A stretch of 61,181 nt of DNA, filler included, from an uncultured bacterium (GCA_964371695.1; 11 parts of 11 records of this genome joined end to end with filler, not necessarily neighbours in it); one strand, 5' to 3'. Counted from the whole stretch's first letter, positions 48,984 to 59,186 are shown. A program made the numbers and translations. The notes: generated from the letters alone by a model not told the origin.

Positions 48984-49799
48984 CTAAAGCGGCATGTCCA
49001 GGCCGTCGCGGGCGCTGAGGGTGTCGGGGAACAACCCCTTGGCGGCTTCTTCAATCTGGTGCAGTGTGTCGTCGTCGTGGCCGGGGTCGTGGCTGAACAG
49101 CACCAGTTTTTTTGCGCCAGCCGCCTGCACCAGCTTCACGGCTTCGGAATAGGTGCTGTGGCCCCAGCCCTGTTTTCCCGCGTTGTATTCCTCTGGTGTG
49201 TACTGGGCGTCATAAATCAGTGCGTCGGCATTTTTCGCAAATTTTGCCAAGTGCTGATTCACCGTGCCGGCGGCGTGTTCGGTGTCGGTGGCGAACACCA
49301 GTGACTTGTCTTTTTCGTCAATGCGAAACGCCGTGGAACCCTGTGGGTGGGGCGTGGGAATGTTGGTGACCCTGGCCTCGCCCACCGTGACGGCGTCCTG
49401 CGCGGTGATGAGGTGAAAATGTTTCTGCGACCCCATGATGTCCATGGTGACGGGGAAGTAGGGGGCGGACATCTGGCCGTCCAGCACGGCCTTGGCGTCT
49501 TTGGTGCAATAAAAATGGATGGTGAAGTCGGGTAGAAAGGCGGGAATGAAAAATGGGAACCCCTGGATGTGATCCCAGTGGGCGTGGGTGAGGAACAGGT
49601 GAATCACCCGGCTGTGCTCGCGGGCGGTCTGCACCAGCCGCAGCCCCAGCTCACGGATACCCGTGCCACTGTCGAACACCACCACGTCCTTGGTGGACTC
49701 CAGCTGCACCTGCACGCAGGGCGTGTTTCCTCCGTAACCCACATATTTGGGTCCGCTGGTGGGGATGCTCCCCCGGGTTCCCCAGAAAGTTACCTTCAC
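48984..49799 (-). CDS. MBL-fold metallo-hydrolase
   Basis: WGTRGSIP, GGNTPC, THAHWDHIQG, TDTE, DAQY, WGHS, SHDP. Confidence 0.93.
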   Translation of the reverse strand: MKVTFWGTRGSIPTSGPKYVGYGGNTPCVQVQLESTKDVVVFDSGTGIRELGLRLVQTAREHSRVIHLFLTHAHWDHIQGFPFFIPAFLPDFTIHFYCTKDAKAVLDGQMSAPYFPVTMDIMGSQKHFHLITAQDAVTVGEARVTNIPTPHPQGSTAFRIDEKDKSLVFATDTEHAAGTVNQHLAKFAKNADALIYDAQYTPEEYNAGKQGWGHSTYSEAVKLVQAAGAKKLVLFSHDPGHDDDTLHQIEEAAKGLFPDTLSARDGLDMPL

Positions 49800-50150
49800 G
49801 GGGTTATGTCACCTCTGGGGGGCACGTGGAACCATGATAGTTCACCTGTAAAGAACGAAGCAAGCAGGCGGCTCCCGAATGGGTTTGGAATTATGCGGCG
49901 CTTGCCCGTTGCAGGCTGCCCCCTTTCTCCTTGAGCGCTTGCCATTCCCACAGGTCGGCATTTTGTCCGCGAAGGCTGCGGGGCTGGAGACAGGAGGCCA
50001 GAGGAAAGAACAGAGACCGCCCCATCCGCCGTCATTCCCGCGAAAGCGGGAATCCAGTCAAACAAAAGAAAAAAACCAGTTCTGGTGGGGCGAGTAGCCA
50101 CAGGCGTCCTCGCCCATTGCTGTCAGGTTTGAGAGGAAAATCGCGGATTA

Positions 50151-50237
50151 TCACACCAATTTTCAACCAAAACAACATTAACTCTGAGCGATGAACCAGT
50201 TTGGAAACGGGTGCTGCGAAGTCAGGTGGTTTGGTGA
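50151..50237. mobile_element. End of a multicopy mobile element (second copy at 55637-55723)
   Basis: Ungapped 87-bp match with 11 mismatches by hand count; both copies stop at the same base at a contig end. Confidence 0.7.
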
Positions 50238-50337
50238 NNNNNNNNNNNNNNNNNNNNNNNNNNNNNNNNNNNNNNNNNNNNTTAATTAATTAANNNNNNN
50301 NNNNNNNNNNNNNNNNNNNNNNNNNNNNNNNNNNNNN

Positions 50338-50749
50338 CCTGCCCACACCGGCGGAGCGGCGGGTGATCTTTCGCCTGCATCTGGAAAAGCGCCTGAAAAA
50401 CCCCGAGGCGCGGGGCGAGTTCGCCGTGAACGACACCACGCTGAACCGACTGGCGGACCTGAGCGAAGGGTTTGTGGGGGCGGAAATAGAGCAGGTGGTC
50501 ATCAGCGCGCTGTTCGAGGCCTTTTCACAGAACCGTCCCCTCACGCTCAAGGATCTTGAGTTCGCCATCGCCAGCACCGTGCCCCTTTCGGTGACACAGG
50601 AAGAACAGATTCAGGCCCTGCGGGAGTGGGCCAACCTGCGGGCTGTTTCCGCCACCAAAAGCCAGGACCGCACAAGCGCCACACCACCCCCCGCCGAAGG
50701 CGAACAGGACGTGCGCCACAGCCGGGGCGGCCGCGAAGTGGATTTTTAG
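50338..50749 (+). CDS. AAA+ ATPase C-terminal lid (Ycf46-like), partial
   Basis: SEGFVGAEIEQVV...TVPLSVTQEEQIQALREWA..RAVSA. Confidence 0.85.
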
Positions 50750-50799
50750 GAATCCTTGGCATGGGTCATCTGTGTGGGTCATCAAAATCGGACATCGTT

Positions 50800-51009
50800 C
50801 CCTCTCCCCTATGGGGAGAGGGTGGTCCGCAGGACCGGGTAATGGGCGCGGGTGGTCTTTTGGGAAAGCGGCAGCATATTGATGCTGCCGGGCGCGCCCA
50901 GCGGCACGACAGTGCCGAGGCGAAATATGGACAAAAACTCCAAAAAATATGGTTTTTTGCTCTTGAACAAACCCCTCACCCCAACCCTCTCCCTCAAGGG
51001 GAGAGGGGG
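50800..51009. repeat. Paired CCCTCTCCC/GGGAGAGGG hairpin repeats
   Basis: Same family as 1150-1343 and 22576-22622. Confidence 0.7.
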
Positions 51010-51059
51010 AAGAAGGCATTCCTGTTTTTCGGTTTACCGGCGCGGCGAGGCGAAAAACA

Positions 51060-53240
51060 GTGCATGAGCTTCAGAAAAATGATCGCGGGGTTGTGGTGAG
51101 TTCTGCGCCCTCATCTGTCCCGGACACACCGGCAGGGAAAGAGGCATTTCCCAAAACACAAGCCGTCTTGGCGGGACTGTTGCTGCTGGGGGCGCTGGTG
51201 TGGGCGCAACTCAAACCCCTGGGCGACCCCGACCTGTTCTGGCATCTGAAAACCGCTGACATTTTGTGGACCAAGGGCCTGTTTTTGCGGGAGAACCATT
51301 TTTCGTGGGTGACGCCCCATGGGCCGTGGGTGAACTTTCAGTGGTTGGCCCAACTGCTGTTGTGGGCAAGCTGGCAACTGGGCGGCGTGGGGGGGCTTTA
51401 TGTCCTGCGGGGCGGTCTGATTCTCACGGCCTTTGGCTTGGCTTATGCCACGGCGCTGAGGGCCGGTGCGCGGCCCGGCGTGGCGGCGCTGGTGCTGATG
51501 GCAGCCATGGTGTTTCTGCGCTGGCGTTTTCACGACCGCCCGGAGCTGTTCAGCATGGCGCTGATTTTTGCGTGGTTCTGGTTTTTGCCCAGAACCGAGC
51601 CGGGGCGGCTGGCGACATGGTGGCCCCTGTGGTTGTTGCAAATGTTGTGGGCCAACCTGCACGGCCTTTATTTCATGGGGCCGATGCTGGCGGGCTGGTG
51701 GGTGCTGCGGCGTTTGGCGGGGGAGCCAACGACCCGCCGCCACTGGCGCGCCGAGACGCTGGCGCTTTTGGTGCTGGGGCTGATGTGTCTCGTGAACCCC
51801 AACGGCCCCGCGCTGCTGGCGGTGGCGGTGAACATGGACCGCTCCCACGTTGTGGCCAGCATTCCCGAATACCTGCCCTTTTTCACCATGGTGCAGGGGT
51901 GGGAACAGGCCCCCTTCTGGGGCCTGCTGGTGCTGGCGCTGGGGCTATCACTGCGCCGGGGGTGGCTGGTGCTGCTGACCGACGCGCTGCTGATTGGTTT
52001 TCTGCTGTTCAAAAGTCTGGAGCACACGCGGGTGGCGTTTGTGGCGGTGATGGTGTTCACCGGCATGGCCCTGCCGGGGCTGGCGATGGTGCGCCAGCGC
52101 TGGACCGGATGGGGGGCGCTTGTGCTATGCCCGCTGCTGATCCTGCCCCTGCGGCCCACCGACCCGGCGCTGGAGCTGCGCACCTACAACTATCCCCAGG
52201 AGGCGCTGTTTTTCGCAGCCCGGCACGGTTTTTCGCGCCGACTGATGCACGACATGCACGACGGCGGTTTCCTCATCTGGCGGTTTTTTCCGCGCTTCGG
52301 CACGTTTGTAGACCCCCGTTTTGGTTATGACGAAAAACTTTACGCCGACTATGACCGTTTGCAGCGCCAGCCCTGGAAGCTCACGGCGGTGGCGCGGAAA
52401 TATGACGCCCGGAGTGTGGTGCGGGGCATTTCGCTGGACCGCGACCTGTTCTATGCCGAATATCCCGCAGGGGGCGATTTCACGCTGCGGTATTTCGACG
52501 ACACCCACACGGCCCTGGCGCGGCGCGACACAGCGGCGAAGGCCCCGGCCCTGAAGTGGTTGTGCCCCTGCGCACCGGGGCCGTGGCTGGCGCGATTGGC
52601 CAAGGGGCCGCACCGCACCGCTGCCGGTGCAGAAATCCTGCAACTGCTGCGGACCACGCCGGTGCAAAAAGGCATGTTGGCGGCGTCGCTGACCTCGGCC
52701 TGGGCGCGCTACACCGGCAGCGGCAAAACCTGCCGCGAGGTGTTTGAAAAACCCTGGGGCCGGGGCGCACCGGCGCAGTTCACACAACAAACCGGCCGCA
52801 TTTTTGAGCAGGAAAAAGCCCTGTGTTTGGGCCTGAACGGCGACAAAAACAATGGCTTGGCGGCGCTGGCGAAACAGGGGCGGCTGAGAAACCTGATTCC
52901 TGAAGATTTGCCCGCCCTGATGCGGGGCGGCGGAACCGACGTGGTGCGCCGGGCGGTGTCCAGTGGCCACCCCGCGCCGTGGGTTTTCGCCGGATGGTGG
53001 CGCAAGCATCCCCACCCAGACTGGCCCCTGCCCGGACCACAGCGAGATCTCGTGTTGTCGATCATCTCCAATTCTCTGACCGGCGGTGCAGCGCCCGGCC
53101 AGGAAGTTGGCCTGCTGCGCCTGACGGGCTTTCTCAACACCTGGCTGCCGGAGGATCTCCTTGCCGCAAGGGCGCAGAAACTGGCCCGCCGCCGCGTGGG
53201 TCTGGTTTATCCAGAGGCCGCTGAAATCAGGAAGCGCTAG
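51060..53240 (+). CDS. Polytopic membrane protein, GT-C glycosyltransferase-like
   Basis: DPDLFWHL, RPELFS, LWANLHG, NPNG, GGFLIW...FVDPR; many TMs. Confidence 0.7.
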   Translation: MHELQKNDRGVVVSSAPSSVPDTPAGKEAFPKTQAVLAGLLLLGALVWAQLKPLGDPDLFWHLKTADILWTKGLFLRENHFSWVTPHGPWVNFQWLAQLLLWASWQLGGVGGLYVLRGGLILTAFGLAYATALRAGARPGVAALVLMAAMVFLRWRFHDRPELFSMALIFAWFWFLPRTEPGRLATWWPLWLLQMLWANLHGLYFMGPMLAGWWVLRRLAGEPTTRRHWRAETLALLVLGLMCLVNPNGPALLAVAVNMDRSHVVASIPEYLPFFTMVQGWEQAPFWGLLVLALGLSLRRGWLVLLTDALLIGFLLFKSLEHTRVAFVAVMVFTGMALPGLAMVRQRWTGWGALVLCPLLILPLRPTDPALELRTYNYPQEALFFAARHGFSRRLMHDMHDGGFLIWRFFPRFGTFVDPRFGYDEKLYADYDRLQRQPWKLTAVARKYDARSVVRGISLDRDLFYAEYPAGGDFTLRYFDDTHTALARRDTAAKAPALKWLCPCAPGPWLARLAKGPHRTAAGAEILQLLRTTPVQKGMLAASLTSAWARYTGSGKTCREVFEKPWGRGAPAQFTQQTGRIFEQEKALCLGLNGDKNNGLAALAKQGRLRNLIPEDLPALMRGGGTDVVRRAVSSGHPAPWVFAGWWRKHPHPDWPLPGPQRDLVLSIISNSLTGGAAPGQEVGLLRLTGFLNTWLPEDLLAARAQKLARRRVGLVYPEAAEIRKR

Positions 53241-53265
53241 CAGGGTGTTGATCAACACCCTGCTA
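53238..53265. repeat. Perfect 28-bp palindrome containing both stop codons of convergent genes
   Basis: TAGCAGGGTGTTGA|TCAACACCCTGCTA. Confidence 0.9.
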
Positions 53266-54315
53266 AAACACCTTCTCACTCAGCCTCAAAAAACCCTGCA
53301 ACGCGCTCCGCGCCAGGGTGAGGGCGGGGCTGGGGGGCGGCACGGCAGCGGGGGTGTCCCGCAGGACAGACAACCAGGCCCGCTGTTCGTCGGGCAAACG
53401 GGGACGCCGCAGGGCCTGATCCTGAAACAGCACACCTTCCAGGCAATAAAGCCACAGGTGACGCACCCCCGCCGCCCTGGCCGCCGCTACGTCGGGGGCC
53501 AGTTGCCGGGGATGGTGAAAATGCAGCCCCTTGTTGCCCGCGATAACACCCTCCCAGGTGCTGCCCAGCGTGATGGCCGCGCCCTCGCCTGCGTGACGAC
53601 GCAGCAGCAGACCATATTCATACACCAGCCGCTGAGCCGCCCCGCCCAGGCGCAACAGGGGAACATGATGGGGCAGGTAACTGTTGTAGAGCATGAGGTT
53701 GGGGTGATCCCAGGGGTTCGAAAAACAGGGTGTCTCCAGCATGTCCTGCAACCAGACGCCGCCGGTTTCCAGTTCTTCGGCGCAAAAAGGGATGATGGCG
53801 GCCCAGGTGCTGAGGCCCCGCGTTTTCAGCGCAAGCCGCCAGTCTTCCAGCGCTGCCACAGCCTGACCAAAACGGGCGGGTTGGCGGTGGCTGGCCAAAA
53901 GTCGCCACGCCCCCAGCAGGTCTCCCCGCCCAAGCAGGCGGGGAATGGCGTGGGCTGTTTCCCAGGGTGTTTCCAGGTCCAGCACCACGCCGTGCAGCGG
54001 GGCGCGGTGGCGTTCAAACAGGTCCAGCAAACCGTTCAGCCGCTGGTGGGCGAGGGCCACGTTGCCTTCGTGAATCCAGTAACCGTTTTCTTTTTCCACC
54101 AGCGGCCACAGCACCAGTTTTGCGCCGTGCTGGTGCAGTGCGTGGGCCAGAGCCAGCAGATCCCCCCACGTTCCCACGCCCCGCTTGGGCGGGGGTTGAG
54201 TCGGCAAAAACACCGCCAAGCCCAACGCCGCCTGAAACTCCCCCAACAGGCCGGGGGCCCCCAGGGCCATCAGTTGGCCGGGGGAAAGCGTTTCGTTGTA
54301 GACACCCAGTTGCAT
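53263..54315 (-). CDS. Hypothetical protein, possible TIM-barrel glycoside-hydrolase-like fold
   Basis: Long ORF with host codon usage; LWPL...GYW, GVVLDLETP, LMLY. Confidence 0.6.
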   Translation of the reverse strand: MQLGVYNETLSPGQLMALGAPGLLGEFQAALGLAVFLPTQPPPKRGVGTWGDLLALAHALHQHGAKLVLWPLVEKENGYWIHEGNVALAHQRLNGLLDLFERHRAPLHGVVLDLETPWETAHAIPRLLGRGDLLGAWRLLASHRQPARFGQAVAALEDWRLALKTRGLSTWAAIIPFCAEELETGGVWLQDMLETPCFSNPWDHPNLMLYNSYLPHHVPLLRLGGAAQRLVYEYGLLLRRHAGEGAAITLGSTWEGVIAGNKGLHFHHPRQLAPDVAAARAAGVRHLWLYCLEGVLFQDQALRRPRLPDEQRAWLSVLRDTPAAVPPPSPALTLARSALQGFLRLSEKVF

Positions 54316-54352
54316 GACATCCAAATCTGTTCCGGGTCTGGCAGGCGCCTTG

Positions 54353-55150
54353 TTAAAACCCGCTGGCCACAAACACCACACCCACCAGCACAAAGCCGGT
54401 GAGGAGCAGCGCCGTGGGCCACGCCCCCTGCCAGCGGGCCACCAGCCGCATATACAGATAGGCCGCATACACCCCCCAGGCCAGCAGCGAGGCGATCTCC
54501 TTCAGGTGCCATTTCGGGCCGCCCACCGGCTGGCCGTGGCTGGCCCACAGCGCACCGGTCACCAGACTCAGGGTGAGGCACACAAAACCTCCAAAGGCCC
54601 CCACCAGCACAATGCGGTCCAGGCGATCCAGAGAGGGCAGCAACCCCGCCATGCCCCCCACCTGCCGCGCCTTGAGCCGACCAGCCTTGAGTTTGTAGGC
54701 CCCGGCCCCGATGGCGGCCACACCCAGCAGCGCCAGCCCCAGGGCGGCAAAGGGCACGTGAATCTGGCTCCACACCGCACCGGCAGACACAGCGGGCTGG
54801 GTGTCGTGACGAATCAGCGCCCCCATCACCAGCAGACCAAACGGCAGGGCCGAGCCAAAGGCATAAAGCCCCGTGGCGTTGAGAAACGTGCGCAGCGCCA
54901 GCAGAAAAACCGCACTCAGCAGGCTGGCCATGAGCAGCGCGCCGCTCAGGTTTTGCCAGGGCGGCGGCCCGGCCTGGGCGCGGGCGGCCAGGTCAATCAG
55001 CTGGCTGGCCACCGCCATGCCGGTGAGAATGCCTGGGCCGACAGGCTGCAATTTGCCCCGGTAAACCTGCACCACGCTCACCACCAGGGTGGCCCCGTGG
55101 GCCGCCAGCGAAATGGCAAGGGGCAGATCAGAGGCCATGGGAGTTCGCAT
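54353..55150 (-). CDS. CcsA/HemX/YpjD-like heme-handling membrane protein
   Basis: IHVPFA, LPSLDRLD, TGALWA...KWHLKEI...W.VY; about 8 TMs. Confidence 0.8.
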   Translation of the reverse strand: MRTPMASDLPLAISLAAHGATLVVSVVQVYRGKLQPVGPGILTGMAVASQLIDLAARAQAGPPPWQNLSGALLMASLLSAVFLLALRTFLNATGLYAFGSALPFGLLVMGALIRHDTQPAVSAGAVWSQIHVPFAALGLALLGVAAIGAGAYKLKAGRLKARQVGGMAGLLPSLDRLDRIVLVGAFGGFVCLTLSLVTGALWASHGQPVGGPKWHLKEIASLLAWGVYAAYLYMRLVARWQGAWPTALLLTGFVLVGVVFVASGF

Positions 55151-55209
55151 CCTATCACCGCCACAAATGAGATAGCTTTTGCGGCATGTTATGATTCTTT
55201 CGGGAGAAC

Positions 55210-55593
55210 GTGATGGTCCGTTTGATGGTGCCTGTTGATGAAGAAACATTTACCGGTCTGCAGGCGCGGGCGGCGGCGTGTGGGCTTTCGGCAGAAGAAC
55301 TGGCTGGTGAACTGCTCGAAGCGAACACCCGGCCCATGGCCGGGCAGCACCAAGCGTCTTCATCTGACTGGGTCCGGGCGGTGCGGGAGGCGGGTTATGC
55401 TCCGGGCGCGACTGCATCTGGTCTTTCTGACGCCCGCGCCCTTGAGGAAATCATGGCCCGGTTGCCCCAGGAATTGAGTCCCCATCCCACTCCCAGCGAA
55501 CTGTTGCAGGAGATGTGCGAAATCCGCGCCATGACCCCGCCGGAACACATCACCCCGGTGGAAACATTGATCCGCGAAACCCGCGACGCCTGA
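55210..55593 (+). CDS. Probable VapB-type antitoxin
   Basis: RHH-like N-terminus (LQARAAACGLSAE), C-terminal LIRETRD; TGATG overlap with a PIN start. Confidence 0.55.
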   Translation: MMVRLMVPVDEETFTGLQARAAACGLSAEELAGELLEANTRPMAGQHQASSSDWVRAVREAGYAPGATASGLSDARALEEIMARLPQELSPHPTPSELLQEMCEIRAMTPPEHITPVETLIRETRDA

Positions 55594-55667
55594 TGCCCTG
55601 GGTTATTGACGCCAGCGTGGCTCTGAAGCTTTTTCTTCATACAAATTTTCAATCGAAACAACATTAA
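55593..55667 (+). pseudogene. VapC/PIN toxin N-terminus interrupted by a mobile element
   Basis: MPWVIDASVALKLF, then runs into the 87-bp repeat and stops. Confidence 0.65.
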
Positions 55668-55723
55668 CCCTGAGCGATGAGCCGGTTTGGAAATGGGTGC
55701 TGCGAAGTCCGGCGGTTCGGTGA
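55637..55723. mobile_element. End of a multicopy mobile element
   Basis: Matches 50151-50237. Confidence 0.7.
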
Positions 55724-55878
55724 NNNNNNNNNNNNNNNNNNNNNNNNNNNNNNNNNNNNNNNNNNNNTTAATTAATTAANNNNNNNNNNNNNNNNNNNNN
55801 NNNNNNNNNNNNNNNNNNNNNNNAGTCCAGGACGGACTTTTTCAACACCCTGCCAAAAGGTAGAAGGAGTCATCGACC

Positions 55879-56094
55879 ATGTTAACCCCCTTGTCGTTGT
55901 CGCTGGACTGCCCCCACTGCCACCACACCAACTCGGTGCCCGGTTTCAGTTATGGTCCCGGTGAGAGCCTGATCTGCTTTCATTGCGGCGACCTGTTCAC
56001 GGTGGGCCAGTGCCGGGTGGAGGAAGTATTGCAACTGCCCCGTGTTGAACCGGCGGAGCAGTTGCAGGACTTCGACATAAGAGCCTGTTTATAA
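55879..56094 (+). CDS. Small zinc-ribbon protein
   Basis: AAGGAG RBS; CPHC...CFHC. Confidence 0.65.
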   Translation: MLTPLSLSLDCPHCHHTNSVPGFSYGPGESLICFHCGDLFTVGQCRVEEVLQLPRVEPAEQLQDFDIRACL

Positions 56095-56255
56095 AGTGGT
56101 CAAAAAACCACCCAACAGGCTCTTGCGGGCATGGATGTCCGCATCCGAAAACCGGAGCTTTGAAAAAGCGCAGGTTTTCGCCACGCCGAAGGGGCTTTGC
56201 TCCTTAAAGGCGTTGGGTTTATAAAGTCCACGACGGACTTTATAAACAGGTTTTA
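56078..56255. mobile_element. MITE-like modular hairpin element with terminal inverted repeats
   Basis: TAAGAGCCTGTTTATAAAGT...ACTTTATAAACAGGTTTTA. Confidence 0.75.
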
Positions 56256-56262
56256 ATCCCGC

Positions 56263-59136
56263 TCACCGCCTGACATTCAGTTCGTAATAATTCATCACGG
56301 CGTTAAAGCCCGCCTTGTCGCCGGTGTCGATGTAAAAATAGGCGTCGCGCTGCAACATGCGGCGGGTCACCACCGGCCCCAGGCTGGCATAAAGCCCCAG
56401 CAGTTTGGCGGGGGGCAGCGTGCGGCGTATCACCGCCAGGGCGGGCAGCAGTTCCCCCTTGGCGTGAAGCAACCCGGCGTAATCCCGCAGGTCGCTCAGG
56501 CCGCCTTTTTGGGCAAGCACCAGCAGCTTCACTGCCGAGCGGGCCACGCTGGGGGGGCTTTTGCGCCTCAGGTCGCGGGCCAGATCGGTGTATCCCAGAC
56601 CATAGGCCATCAGGCCCATCTCGGCCATGCGGTCGGGTTTGATGCGCGCCGCCCCGCGAATGAAGGTGGTGCAGCCGGGGGCCACCGGTTGGCGGCAGAT
56701 CACCGCCGCCGCCTGCGAGAGCATTTCATAACTGGGCACCAGAAAATAAGCCAGCGACAGACCGTGCCGCACTGCCCCCACGGGGTTGCCCAGCTTGCTG
56801 GCGTCTTTCATGGCCTCCATGCCCAAGCCCTGGGCAAAGGTGGAGAGCGCATAGGGAATCATGGCCTCAATGAGCAGAATCAGCCGGTGACGGTATATGG
56901 CCTTGCTCTTGAGGGCGTAGCTGGTGGTGGTGTCGCCCTGCAAACTGGCTTCGATGCTGCGGGTAGACCACGCCAGCATCGGGTCCAGTTCAAATGCCTT
57001 CAAAAACGGCAGCGCCAGTTGGTATTGATACAACTGGGCGAGGCGTTCGTTGCGGGTGGGCAGGGGATGGGGGGGGGGGGTGCCCCCTTTCCAGTCACGG
57101 GGCGTGCGCAGGCGCAACACACGCGACCATTGGGGCTTCTCCTGACCAAACAGCTCACGGCCCACCTTTTGACAAAGGGGCTTGATGGCGTTGGGGTCGC
57201 ACCACGCCAGGTGCAGGCTCAGGCGCTCTGGCGTTTTATCGGGGGGCAGATAAATGCGCCGGTGTTGTTTCACGCAGCGCCGCCCCTGGGGCCAGTGGCG
57301 GTTGGTCCACTGGCCGTTGACGGGTTGATAGGCTTCCATCTGGCCGGTTTCGGGCACAAACGTGAACAGGGCCAGGTCCGCCATCATGGCCCGGCGGGCG
57401 TTCAGCGTGAGGGTGTAATCCAGATAGGGGCCTTTGCGGTTGCGCCCCAGCCTGCCCGTGGCGTTCCACAGTTGCACCTTGTCTCCCCAGGTGGCCAGGG
57501 GTTCGTTCTGTTCCGGCTTCAGCCAGCATTGCGGGGCTTTCTGGGAAAAATCAAACACCGAGAAAACCCCCGTGGTAGTGCGCTGGTGCTGGGCGCTCAG
57601 CCACGCCCACAGGGCGCTGTGGGTTTCCGCGTCCACGCCGGGCAGCGGCAGGGTGAAGAACTTGGCCCTGTAGCCGGGGGGAATGGCCCGGCGGGCTTTG
57701 CGCAGGCGCTCAAGCGAATTGACGCCGTACATCACGGGCCGCGTGGTGTAGTAATACTCCCAACTCCAGATGCCCTCGTCGTAAAGATCGGTGAGGATGA
57801 TGGTGCGGTCATCGGAGATGCTCTCGATGCGCTGGGCCAGGAGTTTCATGAAGCCTGAGTGCAGATAGGTGTTCACCAGCTTCACCGAGGGAAACCACGC
57901 CGCCAGCCACACCAGGGCCCAGGCCGCCTGTTTGAAGTCCGGCAGGCGCGCCAGCCGTGTGCCCAGTGTCCAGGCCAGGGCAGGGGCCAGAAACATCAGG
58001 TTATAACCATGCACAAAAGCCACCTGACGAAAAATCAGCAGGGGGCAAAGCCCCCAGGCCCACAGGCAGGTTTCCACAAAAACCGTCCGGTCGCGCCAGC
58101 CGCCCCTGATGAAAGCCTTGATGAAGGGGCGGCCTTTTTTGCGCAGCAGGCGAAAGGCGGCGGCATAGAGCAGCACCACCAGAGGCGACATCAGCAGCAG
58201 TGGCCGGGCCAGAACCACGGTGAACCACAGCCGCCAGGGAATGGGCATGAACTGGTTGTTCACCTCCACCGCGTTGCCCACGGTGCGTTTGGTGAACAGC
58301 TCTTTTAAATCTTCCAGCGCCGCGCCACCGCCCACGTGGCCAAACCACGTCACCAGCACCCCCACAAAAATCAGCGGGGCCAGACCATAGGGCAACAGAC
58401 GCCACAACCAGCCTCGCCCCCGGCGGATTTCGCCCAGCAAAGGCAGCACCCCCAGAAACATGGCAAACCAGCCATAAAAAAGCGCCACCAGCCACCACAG
58501 GCAAAACACCACCTTGCCCCGTGTGGAGGGGTTTTCTTCGTGGGCCAAAAAAGCCCGCAGGGTGGCCAGCCCCAGCCCCACACTGAGCGGCACATAGTCC
58601 AGATGCTGGCTGAAGGCCACCACCACCGGTGCGCCGCCAAACAGTCCGCACACCCACAGGGCTTGGCGGGGGCTGAGAAACCGGCGCGTGATCCAATACA
58701 GGCTCCACCACCCCAGGGCCAGAAAACCGATGGGAATCAGACGGGCGCACCAGGGGTCGTCGCCAATGGTTTTGAACACCAGCACGCTGGTCCATGCCAG
58801 GCCCGGCGGGTAATGCACCATCTGCACCATGGGTTTGGTGCGGTGCAGGGTAAAAAACGTGCTGTTCTCATACTTGAGTTCCAGGAATCGCCGCCACGCC
58901 GGGGGCCGGGTTTCCACCACGGGCACACCCTCCGAGGCCAGACCCATGCGGCCCATGTTCAGCGCCCAGCGGTGCTGGTTCAGGCTGTTGGCGTCACGAT
59001 AGGCACTGTAGGGTCGCCCCAGTCGCCAGGCCCAGGCGGTGAGCACCACCACAAACAGCACCACCGGCCAGCGGCGGACAAAAAATGCCTGTTGAGGCGA
59101 CAATTCTTCTAACGTGGGTGAGGACAACCCCGCCAT
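56263..59136 (-). CDS. ArnT/PMT-like (GT-C) glycosyltransferase with large C-terminal soluble region
   Basis: HYPPG...GDDPWCARL in a multi-TM N-half; helical C-terminus. Confidence 0.7.
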   Translation of the reverse strand: MAGLSSPTLEELSPQQAFFVRRWPVVLFVVVLTAWAWRLGRPYSAYRDANSLNQHRWALNMGRMGLASEGVPVVETRPPAWRRFLELKYENSTFFTLHRTKPMVQMVHYPPGLAWTSVLVFKTIGDDPWCARLIPIGFLALGWWSLYWITRRFLSPRQALWVCGLFGGAPVVVAFSQHLDYVPLSVGLGLATLRAFLAHEENPSTRGKVVFCLWWLVALFYGWFAMFLGVLPLLGEIRRGRGWLWRLLPYGLAPLIFVGVLVTWFGHVGGGAALEDLKELFTKRTVGNAVEVNNQFMPIPWRLWFTVVLARPLLLMSPLVVLLYAAAFRLLRKKGRPFIKAFIRGGWRDRTVFVETCLWAWGLCPLLIFRQVAFVHGYNLMFLAPALAWTLGTRLARLPDFKQAAWALVWLAAWFPSVKLVNTYLHSGFMKLLAQRIESISDDRTIILTDLYDEGIWSWEYYYTTRPVMYGVNSLERLRKARRAIPPGYRAKFFTLPLPGVDAETHSALWAWLSAQHQRTTTGVFSVFDFSQKAPQCWLKPEQNEPLATWGDKVQLWNATGRLGRNRKGPYLDYTLTLNARRAMMADLALFTFVPETGQMEAYQPVNGQWTNRHWPQGRRCVKQHRRIYLPPDKTPERLSLHLAWCDPNAIKPLCQKVGRELFGQEKPQWSRVLRLRTPRDWKGGTPPPHPLPTRNERLAQLYQYQLALPFLKAFELDPMLAWSTRSIEASLQGDTTTSYALKSKAIYRHRLILLIEAMIPYALSTFAQGLGMEAMKDASKLGNPVGAVRHGLSLAYFLVPSYEMLSQAAAVICRQPVAPGCTTFIRGAARIKPDRMAEMGLMAYGLGYTDLARDLRRKSPPSVARSAVKLLVLAQKGGLSDLRDYAGLLHAKGELLPALAVIRRTLPPAKLLGLYASLGPVVTRRMLQRDAYFYIDTGDKAGFNAVMNYYELNVRR

Positions 59137-59186
59137 ATTACCTTTACCGGATGACGGGCCGAGGGGGCGCGGTATACCATGCCCTT

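Noticed and set aside
5588-55823. Regularly spaced TTAATTAATTAA repeats flanked by N
   Set aside because: Artificial concatenation linkers. Any synteny across them (e.g. pilT with pilB, radical SAM with Pycsar) was disregarded.
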